In this document: positions 50,168 to 51,760 of the stretch, in pieces
Position numbering within the stretch: position 1 is the first letter of the stretch
Layout of the letters: each line of letters starts with the position of its first letter
Origin: an uncultured Nitrospiraceae bacterium
GTDB lineage: Bacteria; Nitrospirota; Thermodesulfovibrionia; Thermodesulfovibrionales; Dissulfurispiraceae
DNA: 51,760 nt
Assembly (NCBI GenBank): GCA_947085205.1
Contig: CAMTVO010000019.1
Coordinates: 1-51,760 of the forward strand
Reading direction: 5' to 3'
Program-made: the position numbers and the translations under genes
Notes under the pieces: model-generated
The model's input: only the letters and a program-made list of their open reading frames with translations
Database searches by the model: none
Told to the model about the DNA's origin: nothing

Positions 50168-51760
50168 ATGGACGGAGAATCAATAGATATAAAGCTGGCC
50201 AGACTGCAAAGGCTGAAAGGGCTTTTCCCTGAACTATTTGCCGAGAACCAACTGGATTGGGAAAAGCTGAAGGCAGCTTTTGGCGATGATATTAATTTTG
50301 CCAATGAGCGGTATGTATTGAATTGGGCGGGCAAATCTGATGCCTTTAAAATATTGCAGCAGCCCACTACCGCAACATTGAAGCCCATCCCCGAAGAGTC
50401 CTACCTCACCCCCGGCCCCTCTCCTGAAAGAGAGGGGAGCAATAAAAGAGAGGGGAGCAATAATTGGAACGACTTTATCAATAGCCCGACGCAACACCTC
50501 TTTATTGAGGGCGAAAATCTGGAAGTTCTCAAGGTGCTGCAAAAGGCTTACTACGGGAAAGTGAAGTGCATTATCATTGACCCCCCATACAATGCAGGCA
50601 GCGACAGCTTCATTTACCCAGATAAATTCAGCGAGAAAAAGGAAGATTACCTGAAACGGATTGGCGACAAGGATGAAGAAGGGTATCTGATGAAAGAAGG
50701 GCTCTTCCGCAAAAACAGCAAAGACAGCGGACACTATCACAGCAACTGGCTCAGCATGATGTATCCCCGCCTGTTCCTTGTCAAGAACCTTCTGCGTGAT
50801 GACGGCGTCATCTTCGTTCACATTGACGATAATGAGGTTCACAACCTGCGGATGGTGATGAATGAGATATTTGGGGAAGAGAATTTTATTGCGGAGTTCG
50901 TTTGGAAAAGCAGGCAGAATAAGGACAATCGCAATGTGACAGGTGCATTGATAGACCACGAATATATTTTATGCTATGGCAAAAGGTTAAGAGGTTCAGA
51001 AAGAAAAACTGACCAATACAAAAATCCTGATAATGACCCAAGAGGTCCTTGGACAAGTGGTAATATGGTTGGCTTACTTCCAGAAGACCAAAGACCAAAT
51101 TGTCACTATGATTTAGTAAATCCTGAGACTGGAATCAATTATGGCAAACCGAAATTAGGTTGGCGTTATGACAAGAACACTATGTCTCGTTTAATTCAAG
51201 AAAAAAGGATTATATGGCCCGATATTCCTGAAGGACGACCTAGAAAAAAAGTTTTCTTAGAAGAATTAAACGATAAATACACTGGCTATTCTTCAATTGT
51301 GGGCAAAAATATCTATACAAGAAACGGAACGGCTGAAGTTGAAGAAATATTTGGTTTTAGAGCTTTTGATTTTCCCAAACCCAGTGCTTTAATTAAAGAG
51401 TTGTTAAGTCAAGGTTTAGAAGATGGCGACATTATACTTGACTTCTTCGCCGGGTCTGCTACCACAGCCCACGCCGTTTTAGAACTCAACAAAGAAGACA
51501 GCGGCAACCGCAAATTTATTCTGGTGCAATTGCCTGAGCAATGCGATGAAAACAGTGAGGCGTATAAGGCGGGCTACAAAACCATTGCGGATATAGGAAA
51601 AGAGCGGATACGCAGGGTAATAAAACGCCTCACCCCCGCCCCCTCTCCTGAAAGAGAGGGGAGCAAGGAGAAAGGTGAAAGCTTATTCAAAGGCGCGGCA
51701 CCGTCATTATTTGAGAAAGCCGGAACCCTTCGCAAGGCTCAGACAAAGGCTGAAGAATTG
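50168..51760 (+). CDS. mod: Type III restriction-modification Mod-like N6-adenine methyltransferase, 3' truncated by window; C-terminus runs into a probable DUF559-type nuclease domain
   Basis: Open from ATG 50168 to the window end: LKGLFPELFAE, ERYVLNWAGK, FIEGENLEVLK, IDPPYN (50579), HSNWLSMMYPRL, FPKP, LDFFAGSATT (51440); last codons read EKAGTLRKAQTKAEEL. Confidence 0.92.
   Translation, partial: MDGESIDIKLARLQRLKGLFPELFAENQLDWEKLKAAFGDDINFANERYVLNWAGKSDAFKILQQPTTATLKPIPEESYLTPGPSPEREGSNKREGSNNWNDFINSPTQHLFIEGENLEVLKVLQKAYYGKVKCIIIDPPYNAGSDSFIYPDKFSEKKEDYLKRIGDKDEEGYLMKEGLFRKNSKDSGHYHSNWLSMMYPRLFLVKNLLRDDGVIFVHIDDNEVHNLRMVMNEIFGEENFIAEFVWKSRQNKDNRNVTGALIDHEYILCYGKRLRGSERKTDQYKNPDNDPRGPWTSGNMVGLLPEDQRPNCHYDLVNPETGINYGKPKLGWRYDKNTMSRLIQEKRIIWPDIPEGRPRKKVFLEELNDKYTGYSSIVGKNIYTRNGTAEVEEIFGFRAFDFPKPSALIKELLSQGLEDGDIILDFFAGSATTAHAVLELNKEDSGNRKFILVQLPEQCDENSEAYKAGYKTIADIGKERIRRVIKRLTPAPSPEREGSKEKGESLFKGAAPSLFEKAGTLRKAQTKAEEL
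50404..50462 (+). repeat. BoxC-like palindromic element, copy 1, with 18-bp tandem duplication
   Basis: CCTCACCCCCGG-CCCCTCTC-CTGAAA-GAGAGGGG-AGCAA; AAAGAGAGGGGAGCAATA repeated at 50427 and 50445. Confidence 0.88.
51628..51666 (+). repeat. BoxC-like palindromic element, copy 2
   Basis: CCTCACCCCCGCCCCCTCTCCTGAAAGAGAGGGGAGCAA, 38/39 identical to 50404-50442. Confidence 0.9.

Noticed and set aside
50234..50959. 241-aa minus-strand ORF
   Set aside because: Antisense shadow of mod, which carries the DPPY and FAGS motifs on the plus strand

Overview
Bacterial chromosomal window. Gene content and order suggest an anaerobic Nitrospirota (Thermodesulfovibrionia-like) or deltaproteobacterial genome; this is an inference. 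It opens with tuf(3' end)-rpmG-tRNA-Trp-secE-nusG-rplK-rplA-[L10 leader]-rplJ-rplL-rpoB-rpoC, followed by a Mut7-C RNase, a heme-c sensor kinase whose phospho-His is replaced by Asp, a thioesterase and rho. A tightly coupled ~12 kb minus-strand signalling cassette follows: three histidine kinases, a REC-PAS protein, two REC-HD-GYP proteins, an orphan MglA-type GTPase, a REC-fused PilB/GspE ATPase and a stand-alone response regulator. Next come a 239-bp IS1380-derived MITE, a selenocysteine-containing selD, a GH57 branching enzyme, a LysR regulator, the rpsU-yqeY-nif3-dnaG-rpoD-tRNA(CAU) operon, tRNA-Arg, a nitroreductase, rluD, gatAB, two small c-type cytochromes behind a sigma54-type promoter, ilvE and trmFO-xerC-hslVU-rlpA. 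The window ends inside a type III R-M Mod gene that appears to run into a DUF559-like nuclease domain. The most unusual sequence-level signal is several families of short palindromic or heptamer-repeat elements. They occur between genes, in frame inside at least eight proteins, and inside the L10 leader RNA. The ORF track misses tuf, rpmG, rplJ (CTG start), the Sec-containing N-terminus of selD and the Mod gene. All calls come from reading the sequence; no searches were run.
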